From: Chiloscyllium plagiosum
Taxonomy: Eukaryota
Assembly: GCF_004010195.1 (NCBI RefSeq)
Contig: NC_057720.1
Location: forward strand, 7,074,196-7,138,195
Length of the DNA: 64,000 nt
Direction of reading: 5' to 3'
Numbering within the stretch: the first letter of the stretch is position 1; each line of letters opens with the position of its first letter. Of this stretch, positions 52,801 through 59,870 are shown piece by piece. The translations under genes were made by a program, and so were the position numbers. The notes below the pieces were generated by a model that saw only the letters and a list, made by a program, of their open reading frames with translations, was not told where the DNA came from and searched no databases.

Positions 52801-54947
52801 AGCATCCCTCCCAGACCCACACCTCATCCCATCCCTATAACCCTGCACTTCGCATGGCCAACCTACTCGGTCTATACATCCCGGGACATTAAGGGGCAAT
52901 TTGGCAAGGCCAATCCACCTAATCTGAACATGTTTGGAAGAAATCAGAGCAGTCGGTAGAAATCCAAATGCACAGACAGTCGCTGAGGCTGGAATCGAAC
53001 CCAGGTCCCTGGCGCTGTGAGGCAGCAGTGCTAACCACTGTGCCGCTCAAATGTTGGCCTTATCTTTCTCCTAAATGGCCTACCCATATCCTCAGACTGC
53101 GACCTCTGGTTCCGAGTCCCTGATTATTGGGAACATCCTAGCTGCTTTCACACTCGTTTAGTTCTGTTAGAATTTTCTAGGTTTCTATGAGATACCTCTC
53201 TCCCCATTTATCCTTCTAAAATGGCCTGGCCTTGATTGAGGACAGATTAAAAATAAGTTGTTCTGGGGATAGATCCATACACAAGCCACATATCTACACC
53301 TCAGCAGGTACTGCGCTGACTGCAATGGTGGTAGAAGTCACTACAAAATGAAAGGCACCTCATACAGTCATAGAGTTATAGAGATGTACAGCATGGAAAC
53401 AAACCCTTCGGTCAAACCCGTCCATGCCGACCACATATCCCAAGCCAATCTAGTCCCACCTGCCAGCACCCGGCCCATATCCCTCCAAACCCTTCCTATT
53501 CATATACCCATCCAAATGCCTCTTAAATGTTGCAATTGTACCAGCCTCCACCACATCTTCTGGCAGCTCATTCCATACATGTATCATCCTCTGAGTGAAA
53601 ACGTTGACCTGTAGGTCTCTTTTATATCTTTCTCCTCTCACCCTAAACCTATGCCTTCTAGTTCTGGACTCCCCGACCCCAGGGAAAAGACTTTGTCTAT
53701 TTAGGTTGAAACTTTATTGCTGTAACAGCACAGCAGGTCAGGCAGCATCCAGGGAACAGGAGATTCAACGTTTCGGGCACAGGCCCTTCTTCAGGCCATT
53801 CCTGAAGAAGGGCCTGTGCCCGAAACGTCGAATCTCCTGNNNNNNNNNNNNNNNNNNNNNNNNNNNNNNNNNNNNNNNNNNNNNNNNNNNNNNNNNNNNN
53901 NNNNNNNNNNNNNNNNNNNNNNNNNNNNNNNNNNNNNNNNNNNNNNNNNNNNNNNNNNNNNNNNNNNNNNNNNNNNNNNNNNNNNNNNNNNNNNNNNNNN
54001 NNNNNNNNNNNNNNNNNNNNNNNNNNNNNNNNNNNNNNNNNNNNNNNNNNNNNNNNNNNNNNNNNNNNNNNNNNNNNNNNNNNNNNNNNNNNNNNNNNNN
54101 NNNNNNNNNNNNNNNNNNNNNNNNNNNNNNNNNNNNNNNNNNNNNNNNNNNNNNAGGGTGACCTGATAGAGATTTACAAAATTATGAGGGGCATGGATAG
54201 GATAAATAGACAAAGACTTTTCCCTGGGATCGGGGAGTCCAGAACTAGAAAGCATAGGTTTAGGGTGAGAGGGGAAAGATATAAAAGAGACCTAGGGGGC
54301 AACTTTTTCACGCAGAGGGTGGTGCATGTATGGAATGAGCTGCCAGAGGATATGGTGGAGGCTGGTACAATTACAATGTTTAAGAGGCATTTGGATGGGT
54401 ACATGAATAGGAAGGGTTTGGAGGGATATGGGTCGGGTGCTGGCAGGTGGGACTAGATTGGGTTGGGATATCTGGTCGGCATGGATGGGTTGGACCGAAG
54501 GGTCTGTTTCCATGCTGTACATCTCTGTGACTCTATAACCCCTCAGCCTCCAATGCTCCAGGGAAAACAGCCCCCGCCTGTTCAGCCTCTCCCTGTAGCC
54601 CTGGCAACATCCTTGTAAATCTTTTCTGAACCCTTTCAAGTTTCACAACATCTTTCCGATTGGAAGGAGACCACTCAACAGGAAGGACAACCCCAGCTCT
54701 GGCTCCCCCCATGCCTTGCCTGGTCTTGACCTGTGCTAAGATAACCGGAGCAAAGCCACTCACCTATGTTATCAGTGGGCACCGTGACGGTGGTTGGCTC
54801 CATGAGGTTGTCGGCCAAGACGAAGGCACCTTCTTCCAATGTATCGAGCAGCAGCGTCGCTGCGTGGGCCTGTTCCGTTGCATTCATATCCTTCCACGAC
54901 TGCAGAGCTTCCGGTCTCAGCAGATTGTCAACGGTGTCTACAATGGC
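2479..54947 (-). CDS. ADGRL2: Adhesion GPCR L2-like (latrophilin-2-like), partial multi-exon CDS: GAIN/GPS + 7TM. join(complement 54764-54947, 33482-33604, 31179-31378, 28843-29016, 25696-25905, 20568-20788, 18975-19041, 6322-6413, [3828-3872], [3488-3514], 2479-2647)
   Basis: Spliced translation is colinear with latrophilins from [15 protein letters not shown] to FHCALQKK; all introns GT-AG with matching phases; 1440 nt without and 1512 nt with both microexons. Family is secure; exact paralog (ADGRL2 vs ADGRL2-like) is from recalled similarity only. Confidence 0.9.
3488..3514 (-). CDS. ADGRL2: Alternative ICL3 microexon, 27 nt, phase 2 to 2 (YEDNKPHLK)
   Basis: ttctag|C acceptor, AA|gtaaga donor; resembles the YEDN(K/R)PFIK insert recalled from ADGRL2/ADGRL3. 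Confidence 0.88.
3828..3872 (-). CDS. ADGRL2: Alternative ICL3 cassette exon, 45 nt, phase 2 to 2 ([16 protein letters not shown])
   Basis: Long pyrimidine tract, acaag|T acceptor, GG|gtaaga donor; peptide matches the ICL3 insert recalled from vertebrate ADGRL2 isoforms. Confidence 0.9.
5087..5535 (+). mobile_element. HE1/V-SINE-like copy interrupted by a Penelope-type short element (~5185-5290)
   Basis: tRNA-like head ggtggctcagtgg...gggttcatt; insert is homologous to 58463-58572. Confidence 0.7.
6322..6413 (-). CDS. ADGRL2: TM5-ICL3 exon ([30 protein letters not shown]), 92 nt, phase 0 to 2; this frame absent from ORF track
   Basis: Acceptor ggcag|GTC, donor AA|gtgagt; [10 protein letters not shown] latrophilin motif. 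Confidence 0.95.
7153..7780 (+). mobile_element. Putative non-autonomous retroelement: aagatggcggc 5' end, CpG-rich middle, catgtgacaataaa + poly(A) 3' end
   Basis: AATAAA at ~7757 then A-run to 7780; GC-rich island contrasting with flanks. Family not identified. Confidence 0.5.
8145..8700 (+). mobile_element. LINE (CR1/L2 superfamily) 3' fragment with nested Penelope-type insert (~8428-8552)
   Basis: Homologous to 26330-26790 and inverted 34150-34400; ends ggcaactagggatgggcaataaatgctgg...gaataaa. Confidence 0.65.
9228..9620. repeat. Cryptic (TG)/(GA) simple repeat
   Basis: Degenerate dinucleotide tract. Confidence 0.9.
9710..10040. repeat. Compound minisatellite: ~3 x 88-bp unit (33+33+22) followed by 22-bp units, built from 11-bp ctgctgca-type subunits
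   Basis: acctgctgtatatc recurs at 9721, 9809 and 9897. Confidence 0.9.
10645..10935 (+). mobile_element. CR1-like LINE 3' end
   Basis: [24 protein letters not shown]2 C-terminal motif and gactctat tail. Confidence 0.85.
12270..12880. repeat. Cryptic (TG)n simple repeat
   Basis: Degenerate TG/TC tract. Confidence 0.9.
13520..13905. repeat. (GA)-rich simple repeats (13520-13720, 13855-13905)
   Basis: Polypurine GA tracts. Confidence 0.85.
14711..15052 (-). mobile_element. tRNA-headed SINE, second family (possibly SacSINE1/Deu-SINE related)
   Basis: Homologous to 15141-15480, 28430-28805, 59555-59870, 63155-63503; B-box-like gggtt(t/c)gaatt. Confidence 0.75.
15141..15480 (+). mobile_element. 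tRNA-headed SINE, second family
   Basis: ggggaggtaatggc...gggttcaaatcc head; gactccagacccacag core; aataaatgctggcc tail. Confidence 0.75.
15645..15977 (-). mobile_element. CR1-like LINE 3' end
   Basis: [27 protein letters not shown] on minus strand. Confidence 0.88.
16540..18292 (+). mobile_element. Cluster of decayed CR1-like LINE fragments with Penelope-type inserts (~17320-17405, ~18008-18140)
   Basis: CVQFWPPY and YKIMR-like ORF2 remnants; ggcctactcct tails. Confidence 0.65.
18975..19041 (-). CDS. ADGRL2: ECL2-TM5 exon ([22 protein letters not shown]), 67 nt, phase 2 to 0
   Basis: Acceptor tacag|C, donor TTG|gtaaga; CWL and WSFxGP motifs. Confidence 0.96.
19560..20150 (+). mobile_element. 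Old CR1-like LINE fragment
   Basis: gtgaggccacatctggagtattgtg (VRPHLEYC) motif. Confidence 0.7.
20568..20788 (-). CDS. ADGRL2: TM3-TM4 exon ([73 protein letters not shown]), 221 nt, phase 0 to 2
   Basis: Acceptor ttcag|ATT, donor GC|gtaagt; WMCLEG motif. Confidence 0.97.
21815..22350 (+). mobile_element. Second-family SINE interrupted by a minus-strand CR1-like 3' end (~21934-22155, aagaacaa-repeat tail)
   Basis: SINE sequence stops at ctggaattaag and resumes at agagtcgaacaatgacc; insert encodes [20 protein letters not shown]. Confidence 0.75.
22998..23232 (-). mobile_element. HE1/V-SINE-like copy
   Basis: Homologous to 40341-40658. Confidence 0.8.
25696..25905 (-). CDS. ADGRL2: TM1-TM2 exon ([70 protein letters not shown]), 210 nt
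   Basis: Acceptor acag|TTC, donor GAG|gtaagg; RNTIHKNLC adhesion-GPCR motif. Confidence 0.97.
26050..26795. mobile_element. LINE fragment of the 8145-8700 family; 3' part on plus strand (26330-26795), preceding part apparently inverted
   Basis: aacaacactcaagaagcttgacacca...ggacaaagca shared with 8162-8200; A-rich end. Confidence 0.6.
27620..28022 (+). mobile_element. CR1-like LINE 3' end
   Basis: [27 protein letters not shown]. Confidence 0.85.
28430..28805 (-). mobile_element. Second-family SINE, sense to the gene, starting ~37 nt after the GPS exon donor
   Basis: Homology to 14711-15052. Confidence 0.75.
28843..29016 (-). CDS. ADGRL2: GPS/autoproteolysis exon ([58 protein letters not shown]), 174 nt
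   Basis: GPS motif with four Cys, two Trp and HL|T site plus Stachel TNFAIIM; acceptor tcag|CCT, donor GAG|gtgagt. Confidence 0.97.
29418..29453 (+). ncRNA. Minimal hammerhead ribozyme motif, antisense to the gene
   Basis: CTGATGA-A-GGGC(TTTT)GTCC-GAAACGTC with one G-U pair in stem II; part of a Penelope-type insert within a SINE. Confidence 0.55.
30222..31020 (+). mobile_element. Young CR1-like LINE, ~800-bp 5'-truncated copy
   Basis: ORF 30438-30800 [42 protein letters not shown]; tail ctatgactcta. Confidence 0.92.
31179..31378 (-). CDS. ADGRL2: Latrophilin GAIN exon ([67 protein letters not shown]), 200 nt, phase 1 to 0; absent from ORF track
   Basis: Manual minus-strand translation; pyrimidine tract then gtgcag|CA acceptor, donor GAT|gtaagt. 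Acceptor position less certain (see findings). Confidence 0.92.
33482..33604 (-). CDS. ADGRL2: Latrophilin GAIN exon ([41 protein letters not shown]), 123 nt, phase 1 to 1
   Basis: Acceptor accag|TT, donor ACTG|gtaagt; in frame with neighbours. Confidence 0.95.
35590..36035 (+). mobile_element. CR1-like LINE 3' end
   Basis: [29 protein letters not shown]. Confidence 0.85.
36060..38330 (-). mobile_element. Old decayed CR1-like LINE with nested young CR1-like copy (36521-37026) and Penelope-type insert (~38020-38155)
   Basis: Minus-strand RT remnants [15 protein letters not shown] and LNKFFVSVF; nested [14 protein letters not shown]. Confidence 0.75.
39217..39835 (-). mobile_element. CR1-like LINE 3' part with (caataga)n tail
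   Basis: [24 protein letters not shown] on minus strand. Confidence 0.88.
40341..40658 (+). mobile_element. Near full-length HE1/V-SINE-like copy nested in a minus-strand CR1-like fragment (~40215-40965)
   Basis: A-box gtggctcagtgg, B-box ggttcaattcc, central gtgtctgcgtgggtttc, CR1-like tail gggcctgtttccacactgta. Confidence 0.85.
42371..42662 (-). mobile_element. HE1/V-SINE-like copy
   Basis: Reverse complement of the 40341 family with intact tRNA-like head. Confidence 0.85.
43076..43874 (-). mobile_element. Young CR1-like LINE, ~800-bp 5'-truncated copy with open 212-aa ORF2 C-terminus
   Basis: ORF 43122-43760 [38 protein letters not shown]. Confidence 0.93.
44070..48872. repeat. 33-bp minisatellite, ~145 units, consensus ACAGCTAACACTGTACCCAATCTGTAA(T/C)A(A/G)(T/C)TC
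   Basis: Direct tandem periodicity; 11-aa periodic pseudo-ORFs on both strands. Confidence 0.97.
49620..49970 (+). mobile_element. CR1-like LINE 3' end (same subfamily as 63800-64000)
   Basis: [23 protein letters not shown]. Confidence 0.85.
50541..51047 (-). mobile_element. CR1-like LINE 3' part, internally deleted
   Basis: Homology to 43076-43874. Confidence 0.85.
52740..53046 (-). mobile_element. HE1/V-SINE-like copy
   Basis: ggaatcgaacccaggtccctggcgctgtgaggcagcagtgctaaccact head. Confidence 0.8.
53798..53833 (+). ncRNA. Minimal type I hammerhead ribozyme motif (Penelope-associated)
   Basis: ATTC-CTGAAGA-A-GGGC(CTGT)GCCC-GAAA-CG-TC-GAAT: 4-bp stem I, conserved core, 4-bp stem II, GUC triplet, palindromic ACGT in place of stem III. 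Confidence 0.7.
53840..54154. other. Assembly gap (315 N)
   Basis: Run of n. Confidence 1.
54764..54947 (-). CDS. ADGRL2: Latrophilin exon, GAIN subdomain A ([61 protein letters not shown]), 184 nt, phase 0 to 1
   Basis: Acceptor ccag|GCC, donor ATAG|gtgagt; translation typical of latrophilin GAIN. Confidence 0.95.
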
Positions 54948-55815
54948 CTGGTGTCACCGGGGGTGGGGGAAGGGGAGAGGAAGAGCAAAAGGTTTGGCAT
55001 CATTACTACCCTGGCTCATCCACAAACATACAGTCAGGTTAACATGTCAAGCCTTTCCTTCTAGTGGGGGGAGTCCTGACAGGATGTAAAAAGGATGTTC
55101 CTGATAGTGGAGGGAGACCACAAGAGTTGTTAGCCTGTGGAATCTGCCTCCACAGAAAGTAGTCAAAGCCAATTTGTTGCACGATTTTAAGAATGAGTTG
55201 GATGAAGGTAATGTGTTGGATGATCAGCCATGATTGTTATGAATGGGCGAGCAGGCCTGAAGGGCTGAATGGCCTACTCCTGCTCCTATTTTCAACATTT
55301 CAGGAGGCTCATGATTTTGAAATCAGAGGTCTGTTGTCCAGCACTGTTGGCCAAAATCAAACAGTGACAGGAATTTAGAAACTTGGCCATTCTAAAGATT
55401 AAGGAGGGTATGGAGTCTGTCAGCCAACCTCAAACCAGATCTTGGCAGATTCCTGTTAGGTATGTGCATATTAAGGGAGAGGGAACTAAGGTATCATCCT
55501 TACTTGGTCTGGCTGACGTGTGACTCCAGACCCACAGCAAGTGGTCAACTCTTAACTGCCCTCTTGGCAATTAGGGATGGGTAACAAATGCTGGCCAAGT
55601 TAGTGATGCCCAATTCCCATGAATGAGTTAAAACAAACATTTCAAAAGTCCTCCTGCCTCGTAACCCACAATCTGCCTTCTACGTTTTTTTTTTATATTC
55701 ATTCACAAGAAGTACGTATTTAGTGTCATACAGCATGGAAACAGGACTCAGTCCAAACATGCATTAGTGGTGCTGGAACAGCACAGCAGTTCAGGCAGCA
55801 TCCAAGGAGCTTCGA

Positions 55816-55851
55816 AATCGACGTTTCGGGCAAAAGCCCTTCATCAGGAAT
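55816..55851 (-). ncRNA. Minimal hammerhead ribozyme motif, sense to the gene
   Basis: CTGATGA-A-GGGC(TTTT)GCCC-GAAACGTC; stem I weak. Confidence 0.6.
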
Positions 55852-56282
55852 ACCATCTGTAGTCATTGTTTTTACCTCAGTCCAAACGGTCCATGCTGAA
55901 CATAATCTCAAACTAAACTAGTTCCACCTAGCTGCCCCTGGCCCGTATCTCTCCAAAACTTTCCATTTCATGTACTTATAAAAACGTCTTTTAAATGTTT
56001 GATTGCACTCACATCCACCATTTCCTCAGGATGTTCATTCCACACTCAAACCACCCCATATAAAAAAAATTATCGCTTGTATCTGTTTTAATTTCTCTTT
56101 TCTCACCTTAAAAATGTGCCCCCCAGTCTTGACATTTCCCATCCAATGGAAAAGATAACTCTATCTATACCCCTTATTATTTTGTAAACTTCCACGAGGT
56201 CACTTCTCAACCTCCTACACTCCAGTGAAAAAAGTGATCCAAAATTGGGCTAGGCTCACATTAAGTCTTTCTTCTCTGATCT

Positions 56283-56738
56283 TAGAGTCATAGAGATAGC
56301 ACAGCATCCTTCAGTCCATTTGTCCATGCTGATCAGATATCCTAAATTAATCAAGTCCTATTTGCCAGTATTTGGCCCATACCACTCAAAACCCTTCCTA
56401 TTCATATACCCATCCAGATGCCTTTTAAATGCTGTAACTGTACCTGCCTCCACCACTTCCTCTGGCAGCTCATTCCATACACGTACCACCCTCTGTGTGG
56501 AAAGGTTGCCCCTTAGGTCCCTTTTATATCTTTCTCCTCTCACCCTAAACCTATGCCCTCTAGTTCTGGACTCCCCCACCCCAGGGAGAGGACCTTGCCT
56601 ATTTATCCTATCCATGCCCCTCATGATTTTATAAACCTCTATAAGGTCACCCTCAGCCTCTGACCCTCCAGGGAAAATAGCCCCAGCCTATTCAGCCTCT
56701 CCCTAGAGGTCAAACCCTCCAACCCTGGCAACATCCTT
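56283..56738 (-). mobile_element. Young CR1-like LINE 3' end
   Basis: [29 protein letters not shown]. Confidence 0.9.
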
Positions 56739-57962
56739 AAATAAATTCTTTATTAAGCAATACCTCATTTTAAAAAATGTTGTTATTTTCACATCCTTCC
56801 ATGGTGACGCCTTCCTCCTATTTCTGACCTCACAGTAATTTGAGTTGAGAGAGTGTTGCTGGAAAAGCACAACAGGTCAGGCAACATCTGAGGAGCAGGA
56901 AAATCGACGTTTCGGGCATAAGCCCTTCATCGGGAATGGTCTGGTCCGAAACGTCGATTTTCCTGCTCCTCAGATGCTGCCTGACCTGCTGGGATTTTCC
57001 AGCACCACACTCTCAGCTCTGATTTTCAGCATCTGCAGACCTCACTGTCTCACAGAAATCCGAGACAACCATATCCATCTAATTCTGGCCTTTTGGGTAT
57101 TTTGTTTGTAATTATTATTGAAGTTGCATGGGCCCCCAAGCCCTGGAATTCCATCACTAAGCCTTTCCATCTCTCCATCTTCCTTTCTTCTTTGGAGACA
57201 CTCCTTAAGGTCTACATCTTCAACTAAGCTTTCAGCCAAACAGAGTGCACTGGAGAAACTCAGCAGGTCTGGCAGCATCTGTAGAATGAGAGGAACAGAG
57301 TCAATGTTCTGTGTGCAGAATGACTTCTTCAGAATTCAGAAAAAAAAGTCACCCCAGACTCGAAATGTTAACTGTTTCTTCCACCACAGGTGCTGCCAGA
57401 CCTGCTGAGTTTTTCCAGCATCTCTGTGTTTGTTTCAGATTTTCAGCCTCTGCAGTATTTTGTTTTCAGTTGAAGTTTTTTAGCTATTTGCCTTCACGTC
57501 TCCTTTCCTCACGCCAAGTTTGCTTGCGGATATTGCCCAGCGCAAAAGAGGTTACGTTACACTGTAAAAATCCCAAGTCGCTATTGTTTAATGTAATGCA
57601 ACATGCCAAGACTCTTCCAACTCTGGGAGGTTGTGAGAGGACAGCAGAGACAACAAGCAGCAGTTTAGAAGAGCTAGTGGAAACATGCAAAGATTTAGAC
57701 TGAAAGGTACATTAAAAGATGGCTTTTGAAGGTGCTAAAAGATCAGAAGAGCGATGTCACCCTCGAGCCGGGACCGCGACTCAAGCAGATTGTGCTTGAT
57801 CAGATTGTGATCTGAATTCCACTTTCCAGCTTGATCCCCACAGCCCTTGACTCCCTTTGTAAGGATGGCAAAAGTGAGGGCTGCAGATGCTGGAAACCAG
57901 AGTTTAGATCAGAGTGGTGCTGGAAAAGCACAGCAGGACAGGCAGCATCCGAGGAGCAGGAG

Positions 57963-57998
57963 AATCGACGTTTCGGGCAAAAGCCCTTCATCAGGAAT
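57963..57998 (-). ncRNA. Minimal hammerhead ribozyme motif, sense to the gene
   Basis: 28-nt core 57967-57994 identical to 55820-55847. Confidence 0.6.
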
Positions 57999-59219
57999 TG
58001 GTGAAGGGCTTTAGCCTGAAACTTTGATTTTCCTGTTCCTCCCTTTGTAAGGATGACATCTTTTTCTTTGGAATACATCCTCGGAGAAATGGAAGGTCGG
58101 CTGCTGCTGTATGACAGAAACTGAACCAGTTTTTTTTTAAAACAGCTCAAATGTGGAACTCTTATGATGTTCATTTACTCATTATAGAAAGTCAGGGGAA
58201 GCTGGATTTGTTACCTTTGCAACAGGTTTGGATTTATTTTACGCTACATATTGTCAAAGAATGGAGGCAGGGCACTTGCACTTTGACCTTTGGGAAGTCT
58301 CCCAGCCAAGACAGGTCTGTGTGTGTTTCTCTCTCTCTCTCTCTCTCTTCCTCAGTGATTGGAAGGAAAACAATCAGCGAGACTCTGAACAGAACTTTGA
58401 ACTCAAGCAAAGAGCTCTGTCCAACTGACCAGCTACCAAACATTATTTTTTGATGTGGGGGTGCCAGTGTTGGACTGGGGTGGACAAAGTCAGAAGTCAC
58501 ACAATGCCAAGTTACAGTCCAACAGGTTTATTTGAAATCACAAGCTTTGGGAGCACTGCTCCTTCATCAGGTGAGCTGGAGGCCATTACAATCCTGTCTG
58601 AAAGTAATTAAATTGGATCAATTTAATCAGTTACTCAGTTCCATGCTGTAATGTGTAGGCGTTGTAAAACAGTGAATTAAAGAGAGTGAATCATACTGTA
58701 TTCCAGAATTGTGCAATTTAGTACAAGACGTTAACCTTTCTCTCCTCCCATCTTCACATTATCTGTCCAGTATTAACATAACCAGCTCTAGTAACAAGGC
58801 ACTTTATGCAAATAAAAAAAAGGAAGATGATTTTAAGCAGTGCTTTGTACCTACAAGAATGATTAGAAAAAAGCTACCAAGGCTGCTGTCAGTATAAGAT
58901 TAATTAGCCTAATCCATCTTAATATCCTCTTTCTGTCTAATTTCTTAGCCACGATGACCTTCCTACCAGGTGGAAGGTACTGAGATGTGGCATAACAGGT
59001 TTTTCTCCCCCTGGTCTAATCGGAGACTGAATAGTCAAAATGTTAATATCAATTCTACTCCAGCTATTAACTATGAAGGTGGAGAGATTGGTCTATTGAG
59101 GGCATTTTTTTGCTGTTACTCATTTCAACAATACAGCTCTGTGCTTATTGTCTGCACTGTGAAGGTACCCGATGTCATGAATAATGAACTTGTTTAAGAT
59201 TACAAAAAACAATTTGGTC

Positions 59220-59870
59220 GAATCCCTACATCTTGAAGGCAGGCTATTTGGCCCATCAAGTCTAAACTGACCCTTCAACCCCATATACCCTACCCCTGCA
59301 ACCTTGCATTTCCCAATGGCAAATCCACCCTAATCGGCCCATCTTTGGATTGTGGGAGGAACCTGGAGCAGCCGGAGGAATCCCATGCAGACACGGGGAG
59401 AATATGCAAACTCCACACAGACAGTCGTCCAAGGAGGGAATCAAACCCAGGTCCCCAGCGCTGTGAGGCAGCAGTGCAAACCACTGAGCCACTGTGATGA
59501 TTTGGAATTTTTTTTTTGTAGAAAGAGCATTGATTATAAACACAGTATGTAAACTTTTATTTTATTTACTCACAAGGTGAGGGTGTCGCTGGCTAGGCCA
59601 GCATTTATAGTCCATCCCTAATTGCCCCAGAGGGCAGTTAACAATCAACCACATTGCTGTGGGTTTGCAGTCACAGGTAGGCCAGACCAGGTAAGGGCGG
59701 CAGATTTCCTTCCCTAAAGGATATTAGTGAATCAGATGGGCTTTTCCAACGATCAGCAATGGATTCACGGCTATCATTAGACTCTTAATTCCACCATCTA
59801 GTGCAGCAGGATTTGAACGCGGATCCCCAGAACATTATCGGGATCTCTGGATTAACAGTCCACCAATAAT
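59220..59870 (-). mobile_element. Adjacent SINEs: HE1/V-SINE-like (59220-59495) and second family (59555-59870)
   Basis: Homology to other copies in the window. Confidence 0.8.

Larger units (their letters stand above)
53367..54672. mobile_element. Composite of CR1-like pieces (- 53367-53702, + 54156-54537, - 54538-54672) and a Penelope-type palindrome (53727-53839) around an assembly gap
   Basis: CR1 ORF2 C-terminal motifs on alternating strands. Confidence 0.85.

Noticed and set aside
53595..54255. ORFs spanning the N run
   Set aside because: Artefacts of translating the assembly gap.
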